Below, in pieces: positions 26,029 through 39,800 of a stretch of DNA of 64,000 bases. Under the pieces are notes generated by a model. That model was not told the DNA's origin, did not search any database, and was given only the letters and a program-made list of their open reading frames with translations. This DNA is from Elsinoe ampelina (lineage: Eukaryota), in contig ML992502.1 of NCBI GenBank assembly GCA_010093995.1, positions 1,458,635 to 1,522,634 of the forward strand, in the 5' to 3' direction. The first letter of the stretch is position 1. Each line of letters begins with the position of its first letter. Position numbers and translations under genes: made by a program.

Positions 26029-27060
26029 TAAGGATAACAACCAAAAAAGTAGTTTGCTTTTGATAAAAGCAACGGTTACAAGGAGATGGTTCGGCACAGA
26101 TAGATGTCACCTTTACTGTTTCTCACGAGCGATGATTGATGTGCTCTGATGATATATCATGACTTGTAAAAAAAACCCCGACAGATGTTGATACCGTTCA
26201 GTGGTATTTACATTCGGACCATGCGTACGTTTGTACGCTATTATGTACAGATTACCCTATAGATTTATCGTTTCTCTTGCACGTGCGGATCTGTTTCGTG
26301 TGGAGTCTAAACTAGTGCGTGACCCCTATCCACTGTTTGAGGGCGCTCTTGGCCGCAATCTAAAAACAGAGATCCCGGCTCCAACCGACGACAATCGATG
26401 ACTGCAAAATTGTGGGGAAAGGGAACGAACCCGGTGGCGGCGGGCTTTGGTGCGAGCTCAAAGTTTTCATCGACGACGATTGCGTTATCTCGCTGCAGAA
26501 GCACGCCTATCAACGGCATTCCTCTACTTTAACCCTGTCTCTACCACTATCATACATCCTCCCGGCATTGTCAAGCGTGATCAGCTCTGCTGACGGGACT
26601 GATACCTCTCTGGAACCCCCCCCCCTCATTTCCAAACGACTGGGAGTAAGACCGACCGATAGGAGATAGGCCCACCACGCCAGCCCTGCACTCGAACCCC
26701 CTCTTTTTGGCCTCTCGCGTACTCGCACCCTCGATGCACGGCGCCGCGGGCCACGGCTATCATCGAATCACACTCGCTGCTGGCCAGCAAGCCCAGCATG
26801 TGCGGACAAGTCTGCAACGACTGGCGGGGGCCCAGCAGCCCAACGCGGTGGTAGTATCAGTAGTGCTACCATCAGGAGCTCGAGCTCCAGCTCGAGCTGC
26901 AGCGACCTCTTCGAGACATGTCCATCCAACGGATCATGCATCAGCCACTAAGCCCACTCCTCCTGCGGGACGGTTCAGGCACACGCACACGCCTACGACG
27001 TCGCCGTCCAGCGGACGCAGGTCCCCTTGGTCGCCGACCCCATCTAATTCTCCCTTGGGC

Positions 27061-28535
27061 ATGCAGCGTTTGTTGTCGCCGACGCACGGCCATCCGTCGT
27101 CGTCGTCTGTCCCGGTCCGTCACATGCGCGGTTTTGCTACGAGTGTGAAGACTACTTGTACACAACGGTTCCTCGCCGGTGGTACTGGTGTTTGTTCACT
27201 GTCACGGCCGACAAAAGGATTCTCGAACCGATCTGCTTCTTCAGTGTTATCTGCATATTCTTATCCTGGTACTAGGAGATTCTTGGCTACCATCTCGGAC
27301 GACATGTCGGTTCATCGTAGCAAGTACGCCGCTGTGGTAGTGGGCGCTGGTCCCGCCGGAATCTGCGCGGTAGGGAATATGCTGGAGCGAAAGGTTGGCC
27401 CGATTCTTTGGGTCGATGATGAGTTTAATGCTGGGAGGATTAATCGTAATTATCGTGAGGTGCCTAGGTATGTGGTCTGCTTATGGAAGACATACATGGT
27501 ACTGACTTGACTAGCAACACCAAGACGAAGCTTTTCATCGACTTTGCCGAGGCCCTGACGCCGTTCAAGCAGGTCCTGGATAAGACGCCGTCTCCCAATG
27601 CTATCGACCACTTGCGAGGGCTCAATCAGGAAAAGGGAACTTGTCTTGGTGATGCAGCTGATATGCTGTTGATGCTTACCCGTGGGCTGATGCAGACGCC
27701 TGGTGTCGAGGTCCGTAAAGGACGAGTCACTTCTGCTTCTGTCGATTCGCATAAGGGCTGGACCGTCCAGGTCTCCCTCGCTGGTCACGACTCGCCAACT
27801 CAGTCGCAGCCGAGCACGGTCATTGCTGATCGTGTCATTCTATGCACTGGCTCCTCCCCCACTGAGGGCGAGCTGCCGGTCAGCGTGCCAGGCATGTCGA
27901 ACATCAACCTCGACACTGCACTGTCGCCTTCCACCATTTCCCAGTTCATCCCCAAGGACAAGCCAGTCACCATTGCCGTGATTGGCGCTTCTCATTCCGC
28001 CATTCTCGTCCTTTGGAACCTCGCCAACCTGGCTCTCTCCTCCCACCCAAAGCTCCACATCAAGTGGTTCACCCGCCACTCGCTCCGCTACGCCGAATTC
28101 ATGGACGGTTGGATCCTCCGCGACAACACCGGCCTCAAAGGCGACGCCGCCGTCTGGGCCAAGGAGAACCTCGAACCCGAAGTCTTCCCCTCCTCGCCCG
28201 TGGCCAAATGTATCACCCCCATCTCGTACCAGAAAGACCACGAGCTGGACGCTTACAAGGAGCATCTGCCCGGCACAGACTACTGTATCCAGGCGATTGG
28301 CTACACTCGCGACCCAATCCCAGATCTCAAGCGCGGCGTCGGCACGCTCGAGGCGAAATACAACCACCGCACTGGTGGATTCGAGGACGGGAAAGGTGAG
28401 AAGGTCCCGGGACTCTATGGTGCGGGGATTGCGTGGCCGGAAAGGGTCACGGATCCGCATGGGAATGTTGAGTATGCGGTTGGATTTTTCAAGTTTATGA
28501 AATATATGAAGAGGGTTACCTGCGACTGGAACTAG
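27061..28535 (+). CDS. FAD-dependent pyridine nucleotide-disulfide oxidoreductase-family protein
   Basis: [10 protein letters not shown], second Rossmann motif [15 protein letters not shown]; intron 27468-27514. Start uncertain (27061, 27124 or 27304); the N-terminal extension looks like a mitochondrial presequence. Confidence 0.8.
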
Positions 28536-28981
28536 CATAGTTTCGGTTTGGGAACGGCCGTTGCAGCGGCCGATTCTCGCATGAAGTGTGGTTGTTTCTA
28601 TAGAATACAGCAATAGACTTCAGCATTGAAACTTTTTTATTCCTTCGCCGTGTCTTCTAGCCGACCAGAAACATTGTAAACAATCCTTGACTCGAGCATG
28701 GCTTCTTCCCCCTAGAGCGACCCCCGATATAGCCAGCCCAGGCGTGGTTGGCGGAGGATCGTCCCGCTATATCGAGCCACTTGACTCGCTCGCCGCGGGC
28801 ACCAAAATGTCTGACCTCATGGTTGTGCCTTTCTCGCGTCGCACTCGCTCACACCCTTGTTTCTGTTTCACCCGACACGCTCCTGTTCTTCTCGTCAGGA
28901 AGCGACAAAACCTCGTCCACGCCCTCGCGCTCGGCATGACCTAGCAACTCGATCGTCGCGCATCTCGCGCAGTCACTAATC

Positions 28982-30849
28982 ATGCCTCCCCACGACGACG
29001 ACCCCGCACTTCCGAGTATGCCACTGCTTGAGAGAAACGAAGATGCGCTGGGGTTAGGAAGCTACACACCGGGTAGCAAAGAGCAGGCAACACCCTCTCC
29101 ACCTCTCACGCCCCCGGACACAGCCACGGACATGCACCTGGACACGGGCAGGAAAGACTCGTACCTCTCGCCGAGCACCACCACCTCCACCCCCTCCTCC
29201 AAACACTCCCTCTCCCTCTCGCCTCTCCCCTCCCCTCCCCTCTCCAGCCCCTCCCGCCTCTCCCCCGCCCTCCGCTCCCCCCTCTCCCCCCGCCCCTCCC
29301 TATCCCCAGCCGGCACCAGAAGAAAAGTCTCTTTCCACCTCTTCTCGCCCGCCGAAGCCCTCTGCGTCCGACGGAAACTCGACCTCCACCTCCTCCCGCT
29401 GCTGTTCGCGCTGTACTTCCTCTCGTTCCTCGACAGGTCCAATATCGGGAACGCACAGCTCGGTGGTCTGGGACGGGACTTGGGGCTCGGCGACGGGGAG
29501 TTTACGTGGTTGTTGCGGGGGTTTTACGTTACGTACGTGGTGTTTGAGTGGATGGCCCTGCTGTACAAGGTTGTGCCGGCGCATGTGTACGTCGCCGTGT
29601 GCGTGGCGGGGTGGGGGACGGTGGCGAGTGGGCAGGCTCTCGCGACGGGGTTCGGTGGGATGCTGGTGTGTAGACTGCTGCTGGGGATGGCGGAGGCGGC
29701 GTTTGGTCCTGGGGTGCCGTACTATTTGTCGTTTTTCTACAGGAGGGAGGAGTTGGCGTATCGCGTCGGGTGGTTCGTGAGCGCGGCACCGTTGGCGAGT
29801 TGTGTCGCGGGGGGTTTGGCGTGGGGGATTTTGAAGGCCGGGGAGGGCGCGGCGATGCAGGGGTGGAGGTTGTTGTTTTTGGTGGAGGGGTTCCCGAGTG
29901 TGCTGGTGGCGGTTTGGTGTTGGTATTGGGTGCCTGATGGGCCGGGGAGGGTGAGGTGGTTGGGGAAGAGGGAGAGGAGGGTTGCGGTGTGGAGGTTGGA
30001 GAGGGATGTGGAGGGGGATGCGAAGGAGTATTATCTGAAGACGGTCGAGGGGAAGAAGGCTGCGAGGGTGAGGGGGAAGGGGTTGGATTGGAAGGCGGTG
30101 AGGGCGACGTTGGTGGATCCCAGGAGCTACCTTACCGCTGGCATGTTCTTTAGCTGCAATGTGGCTTTCAGTAGCATGCCGGTGTTTGAGCCTACGATTG
30201 TCAAGTCGTGAGTAGTGTTGATTGAGAGAGGGGAAATGGACGCTGACAGCTTGACAGTATGGGTTTTGGGTCTGTCGCTGCACAAGGATTGTCGGCTCTG
30301 CCTCACTTCACGGCCTTTTTGGTGGTGCTTCTGGTCTCGCATCTCTCGGACAAGCACCGCTCAAGGTCACCCTACATTATGCTCGTAGCAGCACTCAGCA
30401 TGCTCGGCTACATCGTGCTCGCTACATCCTCATCACTCGGACTGCCACCTCTGCTCAGTTATCTTTGTCTCTTCCCAATCACTGCAGGCTTCTTCTCCGC
30501 TGTCACGCTCACTATCGTCTGGACGCTGGACAACCAGAATAGTGACTCTGCAAAGGGGACAGGGGTGGTTCTAATCAATCTTATTGGGCAGATGGGGCCT
30601 ATGCTCGGTACTGGATTGTACCCCGAGACCGATCGACCTGGGTTCACCAAAGGTCATGCCATCTGTGCTGGCTTCATGGGACTGGTCATTGTTCTTTCCT
30701 TTGTGTTGAGGAGAGTGCTGCAGACGAAGAATAGTGCTGATCAACATAGTTATGATCTGGTACAGGAGATGAAGGAATGTGATGAGGACGACAGGGAGAG
30801 TCTGGATACCAGGACAGACACCAAGGAGAGATTCGTGTACATACTCTAA
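28982..30849 (+). CDS. MFS transporter, anion:cation symporter family (Tna1/Dal5-like)
   Basis: RRKLDLHLLPLL..FLSFLDRSNIGNA, RLLLGMAEAAFGPG..YYLSFFYRREELAYR, GWRLLFLVEG; intron 30208-30257. Confidence 0.92.
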
Positions 30850-31366
30850 TCGCATAATGATAATTCACAAGTCCCGATGTAGGGGTCAGCAAGGTGTCGC
30901 GATCCGGTATAAGTATGATGGCAGTTGTGTCAGTGGGTGTATCAGGTGGTGGATTGATGATCTTGGAGGATCATGTCAGATCTGATTCCGCGATGTTGCC
31001 GCCTGGAGTGTGCAGGAGATGAGCACTGGTAGACGCTTTGACCTTGACGTGCAACCCCTGAGTCTCGGAGTTAAGCTTTGTAATAAATCGCGGGTGTTCG
31101 GCCTGGTCGCTCAGCCAAAAGCGATCCATGCAAAACGCGAAAGAGCGAGATGCCGAGCTGGTCATGATGATCTTATTTCTTGATTTAGATCCATCTTCAT
31201 CGGACGTTCAACTCTATAGGCATTATCTTGCTCGTTCGAGTGCGCTCCTGCAGTCCATCGACAGGTTGTACAGTACCTTCCTCTAGGTCATCCTCGATTG
31301 CCACGTCCACCACGTCATCGAGCAGCAGCAAAACAAAGCGGCAATCGCCAGATCATCACCATAACC

Positions 31367-33139
31367 ATGGCAGACCCAGAGAAGCAGCTGCGAGACGATA
31401 CATCAGCTTCAGATAATGAGCTTCCCAAACCAGAATCAACGATAGATTCGACGAGAGCTGCACACAGAAATGGCGAAGGAAATGCCCCGGATGCGGCTCA
31501 GCAATTACCGAACCCAAAAACAAGCCCCGAAGTCGACGGCGTGACAAGTGGTCCGGCCAAGAAAGTCCCCACCGCCAACGACGCTGGTAGTATTCCCGAC
31601 GGCGGACTTCAAGCATGGCTGCAGGTCGCAGGAGGGTTTTCTCTTTTCTTCAATACATGGTGAGTCGCATCAACCCCTCGATCCTCCATACACAGACAAG
31701 CTTTAGCCAAGCTCCATTCCCCACTTTAGGGACGGACACAGCTCGAGCTCATCCCCGTTGCGTGATCAACATTTTTGGCTGACAACGATACTACAGGGGC
31801 AACTTAAATACCTTTGGAGGTACGTTGATACACACTGCCATTCCCTTTCATTCTTTCCCGTCTTTTGTTTCCTGTCCACCATGGCTCAAACTGGCCCAAT
31901 CTCAATCGATACCTCCACCCTCTCCTCCCCTCCTCCCAGCCCCAGCTCCCCCCGTCATCATCTCCGCTCTTCTCCAGAACGCATCAAAACAATCTTCTGC
32001 GACAAGACTGACCCACACCAGTCTTCCAAACCTACTACGAATCAGGACAACTCTTCCAAGAATCCTCAAGCAACATAGCATGGATCGGCGCCATCCAATC
32101 CTTCCTCGTCCTGGCCGTCAGCGTCCTCGCCGGCCCTCTCTTCGACAGGGGCTACCTCCGCCTCCTCCTCGTCACCGGCTCCTTCCTCGTCGTCTTTGGC
32201 TACATGATGCTGAGCCTCTGCACTGAATTCTGGCAATGCCTTCTCGCCCAGGGCTTCTGCGTCGGCTTGGGCGGCGGCATGCTCTTCGTCCCCGCCGTCG
32301 CCATCCTTCCGACCTACTTCAAACGCCGCCTCGGTCTCGCCGTCGGCCTCGCCGCCTCCGGCAGCAGCATGGGCGGCGTCATCTACCCCATCGTATTCTA
32401 CCGTCTTGTCAACCAAATCGGGTACGGCTGGGCCACGCGCGTCCTCGGCTTCATCGCCCTCGCCACCCTCCTCGTCCCGTGCACGGTGATGAAACTCCGC
32501 GTCCGACCAGGCCGCGTGCGCTCTCTCATCGACACCACCGCCTTCACAGACTGGCCTTACGTCCTCTTCGTCCTCGGCACGTTCGTAGGCTACTGCGGCC
32601 TCTACGTCGTCTTCTTCTACATCAGCTTCTACAGCCAAGCCCGAGCCATCACTGACACGGACCTCTCGTTCTACCTCGTGCCTATCCTCAACGCAGGCAG
32701 CACTTTGGGAAGAACAGTCCCCAACGCCCTATCCGACAAGACCGGGGCGCTGAATATCCTCTTCCCCGGCGCGCTGGTCTGCGGGGCCCTCATCTTCGGC
32801 CTCGTCGGCGTCAACTCCGTCGGCGGGATAGTGGCCATCGCTGTGCTGTTCGGCTTCTTTTCCGGTGTCTTCATCGCTTTACCGCCCGTGTGCATCGCCA
32901 TTCTCACGCAGGATAAATCCCGCATTGGGACCCGGATCGGTATGGCGTTTGGTGTGCTGGCTCTGGCGGTGTTGATCGGTGGGCCGGGAGGGGGTGGGAT
33001 CTTGGGGAATGGGGACCCGATGGATCTCAATTTCAGGGGACTGTGGATCTTTGGTGGCGTGGTGGCTACGGCTTCGGCGTGTGTGATTGCGGGTTTGAGG
33101 GTGCAGAAGGCGGGGTTCAAGGTGAAGGTCAAGGTGTAG
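31367..33139 (+). CDS. MFS monocarboxylate-permease family transporter (Mch-like)
   Basis: IPDGGLQAWLQVAGGF..FNTWGNLNTFGVFQTYY, GLAVGLAASGSSMGGVIYPI; introns 31660-31796 and 31820-32021. Confidence 0.92.
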
Positions 33140-33246
33140 GTCTAGATGGAGCGTGGCCAGAAGGTTTAGAGCTTCTCGTGTAATACTAATAATGTCATGG
33201 ATAACCCCACGCTGCTCATGAAGCTGAGGCCGTGGCTTGCCATCGA

Positions 33247-34872
33247 CCGAGGGTGGGGTAAATAATTCATTGCACACCAAATCTCCGAAGAACAGCCGTC
33301 CACCAAAACTTGGTGGTAGAGCATTCTGCATCGATTGCGTGCACAAGCAGCTCTTTCACCACGAATTGCTCGATTATCGCTTGAAAGATGAAGCTGAAAA
33401 AAGGTGTAACGATTTGCTAAGCCTTTAATAAGGCGTGTAAAGGCCTCCTCGTTTAGCTAGCACCTTTACGCGTGTAGGCATCTCTTCTACTAGCTTATTA
33501 ATCTTGTCCTGTGTAATGCAATCCTACTCTTCTTCTATATAGCGCCGTAATTGCTCGTCTAAAGTTGGTTTCTGTCGCTTGACACGCTACTTAAGCTTAC
33601 GCTAGAGATTCTCGATAATTAACATATCTAGTAACTAAGGGGAGTTATAATAGTAACTAAAGCTAGAGAGTAACTACTTATATTAGTAAACTAGATTGTC
33701 TCTCGATTGTGTACTATAGGAGTTATTATTATCTTCTTTAAGGATAAATCCTTTACTAGCTAGTTGTACTTTATACTAGGCCTTCTTAATATAAGGCTTA
33801 AAGATAACCTTAAGATATTTGCCTTATTTAAGATTACTACTAAGTATATAGCTAACCTTTATCTTATAGCACTTATGCTTATAGGCCTCCTTATTATAAC
33901 ACTTGTAGCTATAGGTTACTTCTCTAAGAAGGCGTTATTTCTTACGCTTATTACCTTCTATATTAGCTAGCTTAATCTTACTATACTACTCTAATGTCTC
34001 GAGAGCGTAATTAGTATCTCTAGCTAGTATATCGCTATAGAAGATAAGCTTAGACTTATAGTTCTAGCCGACTATAGCCTAGTAGTAGAAGATAGCTTTA
34101 CTACTACGCTTCTTAAACTAGATACACTTCTTATAGTACTACTCCTCCTTAGTATAATAGTAGATTAGCTACTCGTAGCTATATAAGTCCTTCTAGAAGT
34201 ATACCTCGTTAGTAAATCGTATAGTCTTCTACTTATAGATTAGCTAGTTCTTAGTAATATAAGTAAACTTAAGGCGCTCTATAACGTTGTTATCCCTAAG
34301 ATAAGGCTTTTAATAGGCCTAGTACTAAAAGTATCTAGCCGCGTTTATATAGTTCTTAATAGTTATTAGTATATAATCGAGCTTAAAGTAATTCCTTAGC
34401 TACTTCTATAACTACGTACGGTGCTAATAGGACTTCTAGATATGCCTTATTATCTTCTTTACTATTTGCTTAGAGATAGCTTAGAGAGCGCTAGGTCGAT
34501 TTATACTAGGTCTCTAGTTACTAGACTTAAGAATATTATAGCTAGTCCTTCGTATAACACTATAATACTTAAATATATTAGTTTTATACGGTTTACTAGG
34601 CTAGCTAGAGTTCTAATGTTTAAGGAAACTAATAGTACTATTAACTCTTATATACGTTTTAGTAGAGATTTCTTAGTAGCGACTATTATCCCTAGGAGGC
34701 TTATTTTCTTTATTTAAAGAGTTAGTATAATATATTTCTATAATTCTAAATCGATTAGGAAAAGAATTAGCTTAATTAGAATAAAATTAGTAGAGTTATA
34801 AAGCTATAAAGTTATAGTGTTAAGTAAGCTTAGAGAGCTTAGTATATAATAAATAAAAAAACCTACTCTCGG
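33247..34872 (-). mobile_element. RIP-degraded Tc1/mariner-type DNA transposon
   Basis: Minus-strand relic SP*LLDMLIIENL* (= SPQSPDMSIIENLW) and ITQDKINKLVEEMPTRVKVLAKRGGLYTPY* ending 33425; imperfect inverted termini CCGAGGGTGGGG..ATTCATTGCACACC (33247) versus RIPed copy ending 34872. Confidence 0.75.
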
Positions 34873-36069
34873 ACCTAATTTATAAAATGCTAAGCTTATG
34901 TAATCTCGTAGCATTTCGGATAGTGCTACGTAATATTAATACGTACTAGATTATTACTAATAAGTGTTAATATCTTTATAGTATAAGATAGTTAGTTATA
35001 ATAAGTTACTTTATACACTTATAGATTTAGCTTATATATAGCTAAATCTATAAACACATGTAATAAGAATAGTAGGCGTAACTCGCGCACCTAGTTTTAT
35101 AGGGCTTTTTAGTTTAAACGAGCTACCTAGTCTTAGTATAGAACTAAAAAAAAGATCTTATAACTTTTTATAGAGGTAGAGAAGAATTTACTACCTAATT
35201 TTATATTAGTAATAGCACGCTAAATAGGCACTAGATATAGAAGATTAATATATTATTATAACTGTCTAAAAGAGCTCTATCTAGTAATATAAGATTTATA
35301 GTAAGAAACACTAGATCTAGCCTAGTAGGCTTACTAGTAAAACTCTATTATTCTCCCTAGACCTCTACCTAGCTCTTTACTTACTATATAGAGGCTTATA
35401 GTATATATAGCCTATATAGGAGGCTAGTTTAGAAGCTACTCTTAGAGTATATACTAGCTATATAGCCTAATATAGCTTCTAGAAGGCGCTATAAGTAGTT
35501 ATTAAAGCCTTATATTAAAGCTATATATATCGTGATATAGAGAATACCTATCTAACTAAATAGTCTATTAGTAGTAGAACTGATTACTATTAAGCCCTAG
35601 GCATAAGCGCTACGTAGAATATTTAAGTATATTATATAAGTAGGACTAGCCGCTACTAAGTGCTACTCTAATACTAAGCTCTTATAATTGCCTCCTTCTC
35701 TAGGAGAGCTATTCTTAGCTCTCGACCGGAAGTGTATAATATATAGTATTATTCGGAAGTAACATAAGTATAAGGTAGTTAAGGCATTTTTATAAAGGCC
35801 TTATATATGTCTTATATAATGTCTAGTAGTAGTAGTCCTAGGAATCTAGTTCCTAGAGAGGCGTTTATTTAGTCGCTATAGCGCTAAAGCTAATTAGTAG
35901 TAACAATATTACTTTTCTTAGAATTCCTAGTAGTATCGTAGGAGATATACGCCTTACGCTAGTAGCTATAACAAAGATATAGTGTACTAGAGGTTAGTCT
36001 ATATAATCTTATTATTCCCTCTTATATTTTTCTTTTCTACCTAAAACACATCTATATTTTATTAACCTC

Positions 36070-36896
36070 TTACTATATAAGCGTACTATCTACAACTATT
36101 ATATTATTTAACTCTAGCTCCCCCGCGGCTAATACTTATAGTATAAGGTCTACTAGCGCCTAGGGAGCTATTACTACTAGCGCTAACTCTATAACTCCCT
36201 TACTTCCTAAAGAGGAGACTAACACCTATACTAGGTACGCTAATAGCATTACTAAGGGTAAGCTAATAGAGCTCTTATAAGGGACATAACTAATTCGTAG
36301 TAGGTTATATCTATACTAAAGGTAACTTTAGTATCTTCTTCTATTATAAGTATAAATACTACGCCTATAGTAAGTATATATACGAGCTGCTCCTATCTAT
36401 TCTATATAATATATATGTTAACGCCTTTAACGTAGTTACTAAGCTTAAGGCCCCCGACTAGGCTAGTATTACTATAGCTAAGAAGTATATATATACTATA
36501 GCTTATAAGAACATCCCCGAGGTTAAGAAGTTTAAGACTATACTTAAGACATACTATACTAATAAGAATAAGATCGTCGGTAAGGTCTCGACTCCTTATA
36601 TAAGGCCTATAGGTAGCTCGCTTGGTAGTATTACGCTTAAGTATAAGAAGGTTAAGAAGCTATAGAAGATTAAGCGTAGCCTTTATAGCTTAATTACTAT
36701 CGGTAAGGAGGTAAGTTAAACTACACTCCTTATGCGTTATAAACATAGCTAACAGGTTTAGATAGTGTATAACTCTAGTAGTTCTACTACTAAAATCGAC
36801 TATGTTATAGCTAGTAGGTAGCTTATAGCCTCTATAGCACCTATAGAGGAGAATCTTAGTATAGAGGTAGACGAGGATAGTAATAAGAACAAGTAG
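36070..36896 (+). pseudogene. RIPed intron-containing gene lying antisense inside Gypsy A
   Basis: Introns 36258-36300 (GTAAGC..CTAAT..TAG) and 36711-36755 (GTAAGT..GCTAACAG) keep a long frame; 5' boundary approximate. Confidence 0.55.
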
Positions 36897-39800
36897 ACAT
36901 ATACGAGCTAGGTATGTATCTCTAGCGCTATACCTATAATAAGGCCTTATATAGAACATAATAGAGTATAGAGTTTAGGTTAATACCTGTAATAGTAGCG
37001 TAAGCGTAGCGCTTTATTAAAATATATTTCCCTAGATAAGAAGTCTACTCTTTACTCTATTTATATATTTATATAATCTATTTACTTATATGCTCTATAA
37101 TCCGCGCCTTTAGCGACCTTTCTTAGCTACTCTTAGCTACGACTCGTATATAGTAATTAGCTCTCTTATATTTATATAATTCTCTTTAGATTCCTAGCTA
37201 TTAAACTTAATAGACTAGTCCTTCTACTTTACTAAGTAGAATACCTTACTCTTTATAGTTCTTCTACCTATAATCTTCTCTACTATCTACTTATCTACTT
37301 CGTTAGTAAGAGGTATACTCTCTTCTAGCTTCTTACTAGCTCTACCTATCTATAGTTCGAGAAGAGATATATAAAAGACATTATAGATATAATACTAACT
37401 CGGTAAAGCTAGGCGATACACCTACGATCTAATTATGTTAAGTATACGAAATAGGCTAAGGAATTATAGTTCTATCTTCTTCTTTAGTATAGGTAGCTAT
37501 AAGTTCTTAGCCGAGAGTAGTACTAAGTTACCTACGCTATATACTCTTAGCGTATACTTCCTATTATAGTACTTAGCCTAGTAGGCGGAAGTCTCTTTCT
37601 ATTACTCTACTAGCTTCGTATATATGTCTCGTAAGTGTTATACTAACTCTACTACTACTAGTACTCTTCCCTTTAAAGTCTTATTCTAAGACTTAATAGC
37701 TATTACCTCTAACTCTAGATAGTAGTTATATATTATTTAGAAGAGGCTTATACGTAGCGTAGTATAAACGCTATTATTACTTATAAATTCCACTTGTAAT
37801 AGATGTTTAGCCTAGTTATTCTATAGCTCTATATAGTAGCACCTTAGGTACTATTCTAATATTTAGTTTTACTACTTAGTTTAGCTGTCTATCTACAGGT
37901 AAAAGGCTATACTAAGCCTACGCTTTACACGCGTTTTGTAATAGAATTTACTCTAGAACTAGCTAGTAAAGACCGATCCTTAATCGCTTACTATTCCCCT
38001 TAGGACACTATAATAGTAAATAACGTAGTTACGTAGAATCTCTACTAGCTCTATAGATATACACTTCTTAGTAGTAGAGACATATAGTGACATCTTAGTA
38101 TAATAGTCTATAATTACTAGTACTATATTATAGATACTACTACCTCGCTTACTTAGTAGTAGGTTAGTAATAAAATCTATTATAATTTCTTACTATAGAT
38201 AGTCTAGTATCGGTAGCGTATATAGCTTACTATAGAGGCAATAGTAGCGCGCCTTATATTTCTAGTATACTTAGTATAACTATATATAGTTATTAATATC
38301 TTTCCTTATAGTTGCCTAGAAGTACTTCTATAAGAGAAGTTTAAGTATCTTATCCTTACTAAAGTAACTAGCCTATTTACTATTATAGTATATACGTAGC
38401 ACCTACGCCTTAAGTACGCTATTATTCGGAATAACTAGTAACTCTTTATAGAAGAGAAGATTATCTTATATATTCTATAGCGCTCTACTCTTATCTCTAC
38501 TACTTCTCGCTTATAAACGTAGCTTTATAATCTTAGAGTCTTATCTCTATAGTAGCTCTACTACTAATATTAGGTTAGTAGATAGATCTTTAAGGAGATT
38601 CTCCCTTATAGTTGCTATAACTATAACTTACTAGGTCGTTATAAGTCTCTAGGAGTTCTTAGAAGAGAAGTCGCTACTATATAGTATATAGGCGGCCTAG
38701 GCCTATCCTAGAGTAGTCTCGTATATAGCGTAGATACGTCTAATAAGTAGAGTAGCTTCCTTAACGTCGGTAGTCTAGTCCTATATATAAAGCTTATTCT
38801 AAAGAGTAGAAAGGAGGTATAATACCTCTTACTTTTCTACTATATAGTTAGAGCACCTTAAAGGCGTATTAGCTAGGTTTCTCGTACCTACCTAATACTC
38901 TATTATAAAGTTAAAAGCAGTAAGGAAGGTAGCTTAGTAAGCTTATTGGCTATTTAGCTACTTTAGCTTTATAAATCCTTAGAGGTTATTATAGTTAGTA
39001 AGTACTTAAATCGTATATACGGCACCTTCGAGGTAGTATTACTATTACTTAAATATATATACGATTACTAATAACTCTTAGTTATACGTCTCGTAGTTAT
39101 ACTCTACTAGGATAAGCTTCCTCGACTAAAAGGCTATAGAGTACTAAGCACTATTAAATAGTTAGGATAGAATCGCTACTACTATAAACTTTAATATATT
39201 ACTTTTAATATATAGAGGTAGCGTAGGATTATAGTAGTAGAGGATAGAGGCACGCGTAAATGTATCTCTAATGTTCTTAAATATCTACTATTTACTTATA
39301 CTCTACACAAAAGAGCTATACTTATAACCTTTAATCGAGCCTTTAAGGAGGCTAGAGAGAGAGGTAATAATCTTAGAGTAGTACTATATAAAGCAATAAT
39401 AGAAGTTCGTAAAGCTAGTAAACTACTAGACCTTATAATAACTCTTCGGCCTTAGCTAATTCTTAATTATAGTTACTCTACTAGGATCTATCGAGACGCC
39501 TATAGTAGAGATAATATAGCTAAGAAATTCTACCTCCTTAGTAAAGAATTTATATTTCTTAAGGTTAGTATATAAAGTAAACTTCTATAGCCTTACTAGA
39601 ATCTTATAAATATAACACATATAGTTCTCCCTTAAATTGCTATAGATAAGAATATTATTAAGGTAAATAATATAGATAGTATTAACTAGCTTACCTAGCG
39701 CCTTATTAATATACGCTTAGAAGGTAGCTAGAGCGTTAGTTAATCTAAAAGGTATAACTAAGTACTTAAAATAGCTATAGTACATATAGAACATAGTCTT

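Noticed and set aside
33764..34717. Short hydrophobic ORFs in AT-rich DNA (also 36690-36959, 48443-48685)
   Set aside because: Chance frames or fragments within RIP-mutated transposons.
34925..34936. GCTACGTAATAT as the RIPed 5' half of the tRNA, implying a Starship inserted into the acceptor stem
   Set aside because: The missing 5' bases (GGTT) are found 52 nt upstream across a canonical intron and complete the stem; the distant match needs four transitions and mismatches position 1.
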